Shown piece by piece: positions 33,740-47,723 of a stretch of 64,000 nucleotides of DNA (the first letter of the stretch is position 1; every line of letters begins with the position of its first letter). Location: contig CM114271.1 of assembly GCA_050084515.1 (NCBI GenBank), positions 9,610,001-9,674,000 on the forward strand, in the 5' to 3' direction. A program made the position numbers and the translations under genes. The notes under the pieces are model-generated. The model did no database searches. It was not told the origin of the DNA and saw only the letters and a program-made list of their open reading frames with translations. This DNA is from Blasia pusilla. Its lineage: Eukaryota.

Positions 33740-36700
33740 TCTAGGCAGTGGTCGTCTAGTCCTTGTACAATTCTTATTTAGGAAAGTGCCGCATGCTCTC
33801 CTAATGCCATTAGATCCTGCCCTGCAAGTGGGGCCACATCCAGCATTGTTCTTCAATACTGCCTCTTCACTTGCCTGAAGTCAAGATACTTATCTGGTCT
33901 CCACGAGTCTTGCTCGGACTGCTCTACCACCATCTGTATGGGACATCTTGAAACACGCTCACGAATATCCCCACCAATGTGGACATCTTGGTCGAGGGGA
34001 GTTCTTGCTACGCACCGATTGAAGGCTTCCCCAGAGAGCTTCTCATCAATAGATCTCACAGCCGCCCTTACATAGAGCTCGTAAATCGAAGGCCCCTTTC
34101 CTTTTGTTATGCCTTTTGTGAGGAAGATATGGGATGCTACAGACTGTAGCATTGCTCTTGCCTGGTCTTGTTGGCATGCCTCCACAAGTGAAATTCTTTG
34201 GCATGCTTGTGACAACCTCCAAGAGGAATGAACACTTTTTGCTCCACTTGTGTTGGGGCAGAGGGCATTTTCATGAATGTTCAATCCCTGCAACAACGGC
34301 AATGTGAGAAGGGAACAAAAATAGCTCTATGAGCAAAGAAAAAAGCTACCTATCAAAACCAAACGGGTTGTAAGTCAAAGGAATCCCATGAATGACTCTA
34401 CGATACATCGATTTTTGATGTGTTGCAACACCCAGGAACCACCTAGTGCAACCCGTCGGATTCAGACGGGTTGCAAGTAACTTTGGTCACTCCGGGCTGG
34501 AAGAACCAAGTGCAAGTCATCAGATCTGACGGGTCGCACATGGATTTTCCAGCCTCCGACTTGAAACGGGTTGCAAGGCAGAGGCATCCCTGGAATGTCC
34601 TTGTAACCTTTTACAGTAACCTAGCACCTTGGAACTTGCTGCTGCAACCCGTCGGAATCAAACAGGTTGTGAGAAGCAGGCCGGCGTGGTCTCGAAAATC
34701 CTTGTGCAACTTGTCCGATTCCGTTGGCTTGTAAGAAGTGTCCACACACGAAGCTTTGCAACTATTGGAATTGGACGGGTTCCAGTTAACTTGCACTGAT
34801 GCAACTTGTCTCGATGCGAGCACTTGGAGACAGCCGCAACCTGTCTGAATGCGAGGAGTCGCATACAAACGCAACTAGTCGGAATCCGACGGGTTGCAGA
34901 TCAAGTTAACTTCCAGCCTTGCTGCTTACAACCCATCGAGGTCAAACTATTTGCAGGCCTTGTATACATGCAACTTGCAACCCATTGGGATTCGACAAGT
35001 TGCACACTCATGCAACCACTCGGGTTCCGACTGGTTGCACAAAAATTCCTTGTGCATCATGTCACAAAAATTCTTGATGCAACCCGTCGGTTTCCGACAG
35101 GTTGCACACTCAGGAAACCCGTCGCATCTGAAGGATTGCTTGGTTTCTTGAGTTTGAAATCCCTATAGTGCCCACGCTTCTCAACTTGAGCTGCAACTTT
35201 TCAAACACTTCTCAGCATGAGCTCGACAGGATGAAATACTGAACTCACCTGCCGCATGAAATTTCCCCATTGTCTCATTAGTACAGTCCACCAACTGAGC
35301 CAAGAGCATAACTCTTTGTACTTCCCCTCAATCGCATGCTTCCTCCACCACCCATCAAGTTCTTCTTGGCACTCCATGGCATGTTTCAAGATTTTTTTGT
35401 CCTTGCAGCATTGGAGTATAGTGACATGCTTTGTCCTCTTATTCTCCTTGATGCAAGATTTGGTGTACTGGGTCACTCACTGTTGCCAATGGAAAGCATT
35501 TGACCTTTCCCTCTCTGGTTGAACCTCTCCATCCCATAACACTTCCCTGATAGCAATCCATCCATGTTGTGCATTGTCCACCATGAATCCATAAATTTCC
35601 GAAAGTGGCCTTTTGTTTTCCTTCACCACCTCCAATAAGAGTAACCAACACATCTTCAAATTCCCAACGTCTTCTACTTTTACCTCACACAAAAATATAG
35701 TTTTGAGTCCCTTTTCCACATGTTCGTACAGATGAGCACCCATGGTCAACCATCCATTCAACACTTTGTAGCAAATATCAAAGCTTACCCTGTTTCCGTA
35801 GAGATCTTCCCCTTCCCTCATTCGATCTATAAGATCAAAGCCACTCGACGGCCTTGTAGTTGACATTTTGAAGACATAAGCCCTAGATCCTTTGCCTCTG
35901 AGGCCCATGAACTACCATCTTTGAATAAATGGAAATCTGGAGTTGGCCTTGATTCTAGAAATGGCATCCATTTTGCTCGTCTTTCCATCAAGTACCCATA
36001 TTTGACGCAGCAAATTCCGGAAGCATTCAAGATCATTGAGGAATGCGAGATTTTCCCAGAGTTGTTTCTCCTCAACAGCCGTGATCTTGCCCTGCCCAGG
36101 GATTCCAAGCAATTGTTCACAAATTTGTGATGTTGTTGTTAACTTGATCACTCCCAACTTTGATCCCGGAGAGTTTCTACATACCTCGGCCACTTTCTTT
36201 GCCACATCCTCCTTGATGTGTCTCTGAATTGCACCGATAACAGGATGAATGTGGGAGCCAACATGAACTACCACCCTGGTGTACTTGGACGTAGAACTAA
36301 AGTCGTGCACAATGGAAAATATGTATCCAAGACACGCTCCAATGCAGAAAGGGTATGCTTGACAAAGAGGACATCGATGGCCTCCTGGCGGTATGGTCGC
36401 ATCGACCTCATATGGAGTTTCTGCACTCTTTGGGGGGAATTGCAAGGTATTGACTCGCCCATTGCACTCTAGATACGGGCAATCTGGACTTCTACACTGT
36501 AGGACTCCAACGCATTGGCGGTGAGAAACAATCCAAGGACCATCTGGAATTGAAGCACTAGTCCGTTGAAGCCTGCACCATCAATGACAATCAGACTTTC
36601 TGTCCATACCCTTCAAGCATCCTTCATCTTTCTTTTGAGCAGGACCAGCAAGTGGAGGCAACTCAAAAATGCAATTACCATCGTACGTGGGTGGCAGCTC

Positions 36701-37261
36701 ATCGACAAGAATGTGCTTGAACATTTTAAAGGGGACAGACGACAACAAACTATTGCCCAATACTCGCAAGAGGAACGAGTAGGCAGACACAGGGCCTGCT
36801 TGGTGTCCGACTAATCCATTGAGGTTGACGACATCCGGAATGTCTTCAGGAAGTACAACATTGGTGCGAATGTGTGAAGTTGGAGTCGATGCCGGATCTA
36901 TTGAGCTGGGAGTGGCAAACGTAGAGCTCGGTGCATTAGGAAATTCCGGACCGTCTACTTGGGAAATAGAGGAACTAGGAGGCAAGCCATAAACTCTGTA
37001 TTGAGCATTTTTTAGAGGTAGGAGATTCCATACTTTACAGTCTGCTATCACTGGTTGGACTGTCTCACCTACAACGTCCTCCATACCGTCCACCCTAACA
37101 TCCTTGGAAACAAAGATTGTTCCAATTTGGAGAAGAAATCGCACTGAGAGGAAATTTTCATCCACTGGTATGTAAGACACACGAGCTTGCGGTCGAAATA
37201 TTTCTGATTGAGGAAGGGCCGCTAAATGACTGCCACAAGTGAGTTTTACATAATTATCCAT
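33740..37261 (-). pseudogene. MULE transposase, copy 3 (lacks SWIM end; intron 34288-35248)
   Basis: ORFs 36581-37261, 35912-36445, 35477-35908, 35201-35476, 33853-34302 are colinear homologs of 21773-25695. Confidence 0.88.
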
Positions 37262-38653
37262 TCCGAGATTATTCCATCAGGTGGAGAATGAGAATAACAA
37301 TAACAATAACAATGGGAATGAGAATGAGAATGCTTAATTGATAGTGAATAGTGACCGTTATTCTTTTGACATAATATGACTGACAAGATGCTTTTTGGTG
37401 GGTGAGATTGTCTGACGAAATGGATTCAATCGTGTTGCAACCTGTCGGAGTCCGAAGGGTTGCAAATTTTGGGACTCAAACACGCGGGTTGCAAAGCCAT
37501 GGAGTATCATCTTCCAAGTGCAGCTTGCAACCCGTCGGAGTCAATTGGGTTGGACGTAGTTGTCAGTAGGTATCCCCTGCCTGTGTGACATGTCTGATTG
37601 GAGTTGGGATCCATGAGACCTTGCATGGATTTCCTACGGCAACCCATTGGGGACTGCGATGGGTTGGAAAGGCACCTCACCTTGCTTTCCCTTTTTGAGG
37701 TAATCGAGTTGCGGGGGGATCTCGCGTCAATTTCTCTTGTCCAATGTACCGTGCAAACCGTGAGGGAAATTTTTTCGTCTGGTGGGAAGTGTCCAACCCA
37801 TGGTAGACCTTGTAACCCATCGGAGTTCAACGGGTTGCCTTGGGACTCTGCTTTGTTGCCTTGTTACCTGAGGATGAGGGAAGCGTGCAACCCGTCGGTC
37901 TCCGAGGGGTTGCCACGGGTACCTCACCTTGTTACCCCTTCAATGAGGGAAGCGTGCAACCCGTCGGTCTCCAAGGAGTTGCCCAGGTACCTCACCTTGT
38001 TACCCCTTTGATGAGGGAAGCGTGCAACCCCTCGGTCTCCGATGGGTTTCTTGGGTACCTCGCCTTGTTACCCGAGGACAAGAGCGTGCAACCCGTTAGC
38101 CTCCAACGGGTTGCGTGGGTACCTCGCCTTGTTACCCCAAGACGAGGGCAGCGTGGAACCCATCGGTCTCGGACAGGTTTCTTGGGTACCTCGCCTCCCA
38201 CCCCCAAGACGAGGGCAGCGTGCAACCCGTCGGTCTCCAACGGGTTGCGCAGGTTCCCACGTGCAAAGTTCCATAACGGCCGACACGTCGCCGTCGGTTC
38301 CACCCAACAACCCAATGGTAAGCTAAACGGCTCGAAAAGTATAAAAGGCTGAGATTTTGCTCATTCCCATTTTTCATTTCTCGATTTCATGTGGTCTTCA
38401 TTGCAGCAGCTGACGTTACCTTTCCGCTGCCAAAGTTAGTTACATTCACCCCTTTGCTGGAAGGTTACGACAATCCACCACCCGACGCTTCGAGGGTTCG
38501 ATTTTGGCAAGCCCATCCGCTCGAGGGTCACGAAGCTTCATCACGAAATGCTTCAAGAGTTGGGTTTAGGCACTCCATCAAAGCTTCGAGGGATTTGTTG
38601 TGCACAGGAGCAGATTAGACTATTGAGGAGGAAAAACTGACCCAACGTGCACC

Positions 38654-41600
38654 ATGACAAGAAAGAAAACACAAGCAACCAAGGTAGGGAGCATCACTCC
38701 CAAGTCCATCAAGACTCTTGCGTCACCATCTCTAGGTCCTCGTTTGGCGAATGAGATAAGGCAACAAGAAATAGAGGAGCGGGAAAGGGAAGCAGATATG
38801 CACATGCAGGAGGTTCTAGCAAAACGTGCTCTGGAGGAGCTCATAAAGCAAAACGCCTAGGCTGAGGCATCGAAGGCCTTGAAGAAAAGAGTCACAGACT
38901 CAGAACGCGAGAAGAAACGTCTTGACGCCTCCGTCGGGAGAGCAGAATTGGCAAAAGCTTGAAGAGATAAAGCAATCGCCGTTGAAGAAATCCTTGCCCG
39001 TCCAACAGAGAGTGTTGAGATGCAGGAAATGTCTCCCATGAGGTCTGGGGAATCTAAAATCGGTTGAGGAAATAGCCAAAGTTCAAGTGACAAACGATGA
39101 GGTAATGAGGACAGCAAGTGTGGAGATGGTGGACATCTCTGAAGAAGTAGGAGAAGAGTCTTCGTCGTCTTTGAGCCCGGTAGAAGAAAAAATTATCGCA
39201 TCGATGAGTTTCTCGTGGACTTGCCTTGCCAGCTATTGTACAATAGCAATTGGTGGGCCTGGACACCGACCCAATATTTGAGCGGGTAAGAAAAATTCGG
39301 GTTATGGGTTGGTATTTTATTGACTTTGTCCCCATTGTGGCAGGTTGTTAAGCATATGGCACTAAATGGAGGGCCAGAAGGCCCCAAGAATTCCACTCTG
39401 TTGATTGCGGACAATGGAGTATCTCCGCGAAATTCAGTCGGAGGAGGACATTGCAAAGCTCAAACAGTCGGCAACGATTGCATCCTACGTCGACACCTTC
39501 CATCCGTTCTATGTTCAGCTTTACGTTGAACATGGAACCCAAGCTTTGGTGACGGAAGAGGACTTGGAGGCGTTGGATACATTCTCGAGGATGAGAGATC
39601 AGGAGCTCAGAAGAGCGATTGAAGGAACCCAATTTAGCTGGACGCGGAACCTCTAATTCTTCATTTGGGATGGGAACCACAAGTACATGGCCTGGACGTA
39701 GTTTGCAGAGGAGCATCCAAATCCATTGGAGTTGCATTTCTACTTGAGGTCAGTCGTGCTCCATCCATTTCCTTATCACATGGCAATGGTGGAAATGGCA
39801 ATGCATGCCATGAATACGTAAGTTTCCTCATCCTTAAGTTTGATTGCTTCAACCAGTCAGAGTCCGACGGGTTGCATAATTGGAAAGCCTAAAGCTGGGC
39901 ATGAATGATTTGAGTCTCTTGCCACCATCCTCTTTGTGGTCTAGGTCATAGTCAAGCAAACCGTCAGAGTCCGACAGGTTTCCTGGTGGCCAAGCACACC
40001 AGATTAATCCGGGATACTTAAACCAATCGAACATCGACGGGTGGAAAAATGTCTACATGATTTATTTTTTCTTCAATCCGTTGGACTCCAACAAGTTGCA
40101 CAATGAGGGGTAACAAATCATCGGATGCCTAAAAGCAACTTGTTAGAGTCCGACAAGTTGTTGGACTATTCACTATTTTTTGGATACTTTTGGCCGAAAG
40201 CAACTCAACGGACTCATATGGGTTGTATTTTCCCCCAAGGATACATGGTCGGAGTCCCACAGCTTGATTTTAGGCATCCAATTCCAGCTTTACAGGGCCA
40301 TTCCGCAATCCATTGGACTCCGACGAGTTGATATGGGCAATTTTTATCCGTTTACCTGTGAGAGAGTGCAACCCATCGGACTCCGATGGGTTGCAATTCT
40401 CTCTAAAAATTTAAAGAGTGTTGCAATAAGTGTAATACAAAGATAAGTGTTGCGACCTGTCGGACTCCCATGGGTTGCAACATTTATCTCTGTGTTACGA
40501 TTTGGACCTCGATGGGTTGACAGAATTGCGACCCGTCAGAATTCGACGGGTTGAAGGAACCCGATAGGTTGCAATATTCTTACCTTGTGTTTGGATTTGT
40601 AGGATTGTATCTGAGGTGAACGTCACCCACCACTGGATCTAGGATTGCGACAGAGTCAAGGAGGTACTTACGACGCACCGGACATAGTACAAGGGATTCT
40701 TGGGTAGCGATTTGGTAAATAAAATGCTGGCAAAAGAAGCTCAAATGAAAAAGAAGACCTGGAAAATACCTTCATTTCCCAAGATGCAGCAATCACAATC
40801 CTATGTTGGTTCAAGATCCTGGCCGCCAATAAGAGTGTTACGTTTGAACTAGAGCAAAGGGAGAACGTGTCCGGGCTGGAACATGCAAAGTTTATTCAAG
40901 TTGCCGTATCTGCAGCTACAAAGTACACTGCAAGCAAGATGCAATATTACATTACAATTCTCAACCCCGAACTTGGCCCAGAATTTTATGAGGAGCTCAA
41001 GGCGATAATCAAGCATCGGCGGAAGAGAGATGAAGATCCATAGGGTCGGATCGGAGAGGAAGTGTCTTTGGACCGCATGCACAGGTTTGCGCTGTCTGGG
41101 ATATCTGAGTTTAGGCAAATTCGATTGATGAAAATCAGTCTCAAGGCCACTAAGGCCCAAAAGCGGATGGCACACCACCCTCCGAGAGTTTCAGGTCCAT
41201 TGATCTCTCATTGGCTACAGGAATGGTTCTTCTGGGACGCGTTGCGCCTTCTTGGGAAGTCCATGATCGTGGGTCTACAAGAGGAGCTGAAGAAGATTGA
41301 GCCAGTTTGAGAGGAAGCAAACCTAGAGGCTGTAGAAGATTTTGAACTATGGCTTGATGACATCAGAGATAAGCCGACAAAAAACCCATGATTCATAATG
41401 ATGTTCAAGAAACACATTCTCCCTCAAGCAGACCTGGATGAGGAAATAGACGCTAGAAAAAAGGGATTCTGCAAAGAACAAGCGGGATCCTCAAGACCAC
41501 GCGGCTGAGTCATCTTGACAAAGAGCTGCCCAACAGATGGTGTATGAATACCTCATCAATTGTCTGAATGCAGGTGAATGGCAAAAATTTCCGACAGCCT

Positions 41601-41752
41601 GATTTGTGGGCTTCTCTACCTGATGGAGAAGGATTCTCCATGTACAACATGGAGATGGGACATGGCACGTCCGATTGGGAGGTTATGAATCGTCCAAACT
41701 GGTTGGACTTCAACGACCCAGAGGACATTACAGAAAAAAAATGTACGCGTGG
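38654..41752 (+). pseudogene. cargo gene, copy 3 (exons 1-2 and part of exon 3)
   Basis: MTRKKTQATKVGSITPKSI.., WDGNHKYMAW at ~39666-39695, WLDFNDPEDIT at ~41700. Confidence 0.8.
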
Positions 41753-44700
41753 TGTAATGTACAGGAGTTTGTATTTTACTGTCGTTTACTAAGTTCAATC
41801 CTCAAGAGGATCCTTGTTTGATGAAAAGAGAGTTTGAAATTACAATTTTGTTGTAATAGTTATATTTAAATGTGTATGATTTATATTCAATGTCTTATCA
41901 ATATCTTCAGATCTTTCTTAGTTCCAAATTTTCTTTTCTCAATTCTCTCTAGTAGAGTTGACAACATGCTCAGGTAGATTTCCTTTTGATATCAAGAAAC
42001 CTCACAGAGACCTCAACATGAAAGTTGGCTTCTCCTACTTTCAGAACTCAATCCGTCTCGGCAGGCTACTCTCTGTCAAACAGATTTCCTACAACTTTAT
42101 GTTGATTATTCCATTGATGAGAAAGGTTCGCCTGATTCACTCTTCACTCTGCAGACCCAAAAAGAATACTCAGACATAGGTATCGCACATCAAAATGAAT
42201 GAATGATTGCTTTACTACTCCATCAATAATGAGAAAGCTTCAAAAGTGTATACAAGCTCGAGAGGGTACTACTCCCTTGCTCGGACCATTCCTACAACAT
42301 GAGGACTTCGTAAGAGAATGATGATGATAGCTATTTCTATGCTTCTTAAATACTCTCTAAAGGAGGAGTGATCCAAAGATTCAAAGCATTTTTTATGAAG
42401 TTGGTGTCTCTTCAACATTTGTAACTACCTAGATCTATGGTGCTCTATTCTTTTCCTATGAATCCGCAGAACAAAACTGTCATAACAACTAATTTGATAC
42501 AAAGGGTTGCGTCCTTACCTATTCTAACTGTTCTAACTATGTGTCGCTTGAAATCACTGTCAATCTTAGCTTCGCTTCGCTGCTAAGTCTGGACCTCTTT
42601 TGCTTCGCTTGAGGACGAAGCTCTTTCTCCTGATCTGAAGACAAAGCGCTCCATTCTTTGTTCTTGTTCCAGGTGCTTCGTTCTTCGTGCTTCGTTCAAG
42701 AGCGAAGTACTTATTTCTCTTACGCTTTGTTATGCTTCGTTATACTTCGTTATAGAGCAAAGCACTTCATAGCCAGAGCTTCACAGAGCTTTGTTGTCGT
42801 TCCGAAGCTTCTTTCTGGGTCTTGAGACTTCGTTATTTTATTCTCCTCTCCTCTTAGGCAAATCCTTGATTTTCTATCTCTCTGCCTTATCCTTGGAGCT
42901 TCGTGATTCACTTTAATCTTACTCATTCCTCCCCATAATAATATATAATAATCAAAATCATAATGTATATACAAGTATTCATTGAATAAAAAGATGTATT
43001 TCTTCAAAAGTACAAAATTGTGGGTATCACATACCCCCTCCCTCAAATGTGAGCCGCTTAAGGATGTTAACACTTAAGGATGTTTCTTCTAACTCCATAA
43101 AAGTATCATCTTAACTATCAAACTCAGGTGTAGGCGCAAAACGACCGTGAATAGTAGAAGGTTTGTTGATAATTTTGGGGGTGTGATTTTGCATTCTTTC
43201 TCGCCATTTGTTAACAACTAGCGAACTTCCTAATACTTTGTTCTGGACTAAGACATCGGATGGAGTAAATAGTGGTATTTCTTCAAGAGTAATCGAGAGG
43301 TTGGGAACAACTTCCGGAAGAGACTTCGTATGGTTGTCAAATTGGCGCTTCCAATATTGTTGACATAGTCGATCTCCTCGCTCATGTGATGATCAAAATT
43401 CTTTCCTGCTTTGTCGCCTAACTCCTTGACATCTTTCGGGTCTAACTGCACTTCGTTGAGTAGCTTCTATTCTGCCTCCAAGACAACGATCCTCCCTGTA
43501 GCCTCCGACCACTGTGCCACTAAGTCTTTGTTTGTTTCTTGATGTTCTTGAAGCAACTTCGAAGACTGAGCATGTTGTGTGGCCAATTTCTTGAATTCGT
43601 TGTTAATACGATGCATTTGGTGTCGATATTGTTGAATGAGTTGCGAAGCTTCCTTGAGGCGTCTCGTCGGAGTCCTCCTAAGTTGCGGGCTCTGGTTCCA
43701 AGGGTGTTTCGAAATTAACTCTACGGTGCTTTGGTCTTGGCAATTCGGTGAAATCCTCGGCCTTCCCTGAAGCTGAAGTATGCGGATGTTTCTTTGGGGC
43801 TGCTTTGCATGGCGGGGTGACTTCGCGGCTCCCACCAATGACCATTCCGCTCTTTCTTGGCAAGCGGATGGGAGTGACTTGCAACCAATCTAGCGCCTTG
43901 TCCGCCGTCAATTCCTGCTTATGAATATACAGATGGATTAAAAAAGGAGACAGGAATGACTTCGTGCTCGGATGAAGTGCTTCTAGCATTGTGCATACGT
44001 GCCTATCCACAAAAGAAGCGAAGTCGAGTCCAAGTGCTTCGGGGTCCAGTGCTGATTCCAAAGGATATAGCACATCTTGACGAGCTTATTCGTGAGGTAG
44101 TAAGAACGAGCAGGATAAAACAAAGTCATCACATGCTTGCTAAACTGTCCAAACAATGGCGGTGACAGAAAAGTAGCCTTGTAGCCATTCGTGCCAAGGC
44201 GATCAGACGTTACACAACCGAGTGCCAACAAATCTTCGCGCTTTACCAGCAATTCGGTGTCATACTCGTACTCTAGAGTGGTCGGGAGCATATAAGTTGC
44301 TCGCCAGTCATGTGACGTCCATTGTTGTGGCTGAGCTCGATACCGAAGACCCTTTCTTCGAAACTTGGTTGCTGCAGTTGAGGAACGAAGCTCCCTGAGG
44401 AGTTCCCCGGACGTCAAGGTCCAATTTGCTTGAAAGAAAGTCGCCAAAGACCGTTCCTCAAGCGCTTCGACCAACTCTGGTGACAGCTTGACCATAGGCA
44501 TGGCCGCACTTCGCAGAATGGGCGTGGAGTCTTCATGAGGCATGCTGGTAGGTCAATCTCGGTGAACGCCCCGCTTTGGTCTGCTACCCAACTTTGTGGT
44601 GACTCCGTCCATGAAAATACCCGTCTGGTTAAGTAGGGACGCTTATATAGTCCCAGCGTTATGCGGGCTCTTGGCCTTGGCGCCGGGACTGCAACAGTCA

Positions 44701-45859
44701 GTTTGGCGCTCCGCTCTTTTGCAAAGCTCAAAAACTCTCGCGCTTCTTGCTTCTTTGAAGTTCCAGTATCCTCGCGCTTCGCCCTTTTGCAAAGCTTCAG
44801 GCAGTCGCTCACCCCCTTCCCTGCGGTTTCAGTCCGGGTAGGGTTGAGGCTCATGATACTGCCGAACATGCATCCCATTGACACGAGTGGGCAGGGATTT
44901 GCCCTGTAAGGTCCCCATCTGCAAGGATCCGTTATCATAGATGGCCAATACCCGGTAGGGTCCCATCTAGTTTAATTTTAACTTTCCGGGGAACTTTAGC
45001 CGACAGTTATCATACAACAGCACCAGGTCTCCAACTCTTATAGATTGCGGCCGGAAATATTGATCGTATCGTTGCTTGCGTTTGTTTTGCACATGTTTGG
45101 TCTGGCGTAAAGCCAACGTGCGTGCTTCCTCCAATGCAACTAAGGTCTCATTCCTTCTTTGGAAAACCTCACTGACTGCCTCCGTTCTCGTTCCTTCCAA
45201 CACTCAATAAGTGGGCAAAGCCCATTCAATAGGTGTTGAGGGATGAACGCCATAAGTCAGGAAGAATGGGGTATACTTTGTAGTAACCTTCTCGGCTGTT
45301 CAGTATGCCCACAATGCCACGGCGATTTTCATGTCCCAATCATAGGAATACGTTACCGTCAATCGATTCAATATCCGGCAGATGAGGCCGTTATATTTTT
45401 CAGTCAAACTTTTGGCTTTAGGGTTGTAGGGCGTGGTATTCCGATGCTTAATGATAAAGTGTGACGTTAAAGACTGAATAGTCTGGTTCAGAAAATGGGT
45501 GCCTCGATCGCTCACTAATTCCAACGGGTAGCCATACCGGGTGATAATCATTTTGTATAAAAATTTGGCCACAGCCTCACTATCATCTTTGCGCGTGGCC
45601 ACCGCCTCCACCATCTTGGTACAATAGTCGGTAGCTATCAAAATATATTTTCGCCTTGTGTGGCGAGTAGCGGGGGAAATGAGGCCCACAAAGTCAATAC
45701 CTCATTTTTCAAACGGCGCTAGCGGCATGATGGGTATCAAAGGTCGCCTTGAGGTAGCCGTTGGTCGACCTGCTCTTTGGCATGCATCACAACTTTGGAT
45801 AAAGTTACCTACATCATTGTACATAGTTGGCCACCAATAACGTGCGGCCAAGATTTTTT
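41753..45859 (-). mobile_element. Ty3/Gypsy family C, 3' portion (LTR 41753-43031, PPT, extra ORF, integrase C-half), cut by a MULE terminus
   Basis: LTR TGTAATGT..GGGTATCACA, then TACCCCCTCCC (PPT on minus strand); ORFs 43248-44543 match the extra ORF; integrase LVSDRGTHF in 45300-45689. Confidence 0.92.
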
Positions 45860-47723
45860 GGGGGCTGGTATTCTGGCAGGAGAGAGGAAGAGAGGAAAGG
45901 GAGAGAGGAAGAGAGGAGAGTCTCTCTTCAAAAAAAAGGGCCAAATCCGCCTCCTCTCTTCAAAAAAATTTGACAAATTTGAAAATTTTGTTTGCTTTCA
46001 AATTCATGAAATCTTTAGAAGAGAATAGGTAGTGGTCCACATTCGGGCCTTAAGAAACCTCCTTTTTTCAGGGGGTGAAAAATAAGTAGACATCAGAAGA
46101 CCACTACAAACATTTTTCCATCACTCTCCATGTGAGCCTAAGTTCCTTCACATTGCCTGTCTCAGTCTACAGTAAGTTGTGCCCATGGCTATTTTTTTTG
46201 GAGGACCATTGGCAAATAATGTGACCCGAAGTAGCAATCTCATCTCAATGAAAGGTTCAAATAAAGACCAACGTTGTGAAATGTGAACACAGGAGACAAT
46301 AATTAAACCAAAAGATTGTTAGCTGTCTGGAGTGAAGAGAAATTGATGTCCTTCATTCAGATCCTAAATTTGATAAACCGAGAAGCTGCACCCCTCCCAA
46401 CCTGTCGAAATTTTACAGGTTCCAACTCTTGCCAGCCGTTGGAATCAGATGGCTTGCATCCCTTGCAACCAAGCTCACCATAACAAAGGAAATATTTTGA
46501 GAAATGATTCCATTCCACCCTGCACCCATGAAAATTCAACTATTTGGGAATCCGAAATGGCAATCCGACAGGTTATAGGAATCCAGCATGTCTTAGAGAA
46601 GAAAAGAAGCCTAAGAATGGTTTAACGATACTAGGGGAACGAGCCAAAAGTGAAGAAGCCCGTCACAATGCCTTAGAATTTGGTCTCCCAGGGAAAGAGT
46701 CTGATCACTCAAGCAGCCAATCTGTTGGAATCCGACAGATTGCCTGGAAATGGTTGAAAAGTTGCATTGGTCAAAAAGTGAAAAGTTGCAATCCGTCGGA
46801 ATCCGACGGGTTGCAAAATCGTAATTCTGAGTAGCTAGACAAACACAATCCACAAGTCCCAAAAAAATATTCAACAAACTTTTACAAACACCATTATCGG
46901 TTGAAAAAATCTCGTCCTTTATTACATTCAAAGGAATCTCGAAAATGTAAATTTGATCTAGTCTATGATTTCTTCAGCCTCGTCATCTACAAATTTGCTC
47001 CTAACTCTCCTAGGTTCCTGTACAAAAGGAATGTCCTGTAATACAAGTGGCTCCTCTGGCCGATTGTAGACGGGGATAAAAAATGTTGGCGAATTCGAGA
47101 GCCTTGGCCCCCCCTAGGTACACCATAACAGTCCCATGTAATCTGATTTGAGTCCCATCGCCTTCCTCGGCATTATATCTTGTACGCTGTGCAATGTGAC
47201 ACCCATCCAGTATCGATATGTGCTCCGTCCTTGGAAATACCATGATGGCAATTCCATAGGTAGTAGGAATCCAACATGTCTTAGAGAAGAGAAGAAGCCT
47301 ACGCCTTGTTTGACGATACTAAGGGAAGGTGCCAAAGTGAAGAAGCCCGCTAGAATGCCTCTAAAGAGTCCGAAAGAGTCCGATCACTCACGCAGCCAAC
47401 CTGTCGGAATCCGACAGGTTGCCTGGAAGTGGTAAAAAAGGTGCAGTGGTCAAAAAGTGAAAAGTTACAAGCCGTGGAAATCCGGCAGGTTGCAAAATAG
47501 AAGTCCTCGGAGTACATAGACGAGCACATTCGACAAGACCAAAAAAGATATTCATCAAACTTTTACAAACACCATCATCGTTTGAGAAATCTTGTCCTTT
47601 ATTCCATCCGAAAGAAGCTCGGAAATGTACATTTGCTCTATTCTATGAAATCTTTTGCCTCATCATCAAATAAATCCCTACTCCAAACGCTGGAGTCAAG
47701 CTGGGTCCTTGAGTTCTTTGAAC

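Larger units (their letters stand above)
33734..41752. mobile_element. MULE family E copy 3, truncated at both ends
   Basis: Transposase homolog on minus strand 33740-37261, promoter array ~37430-38250, cargo homolog on plus strand 38654-41752 cut by a family-C LTR. Confidence 0.9.
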
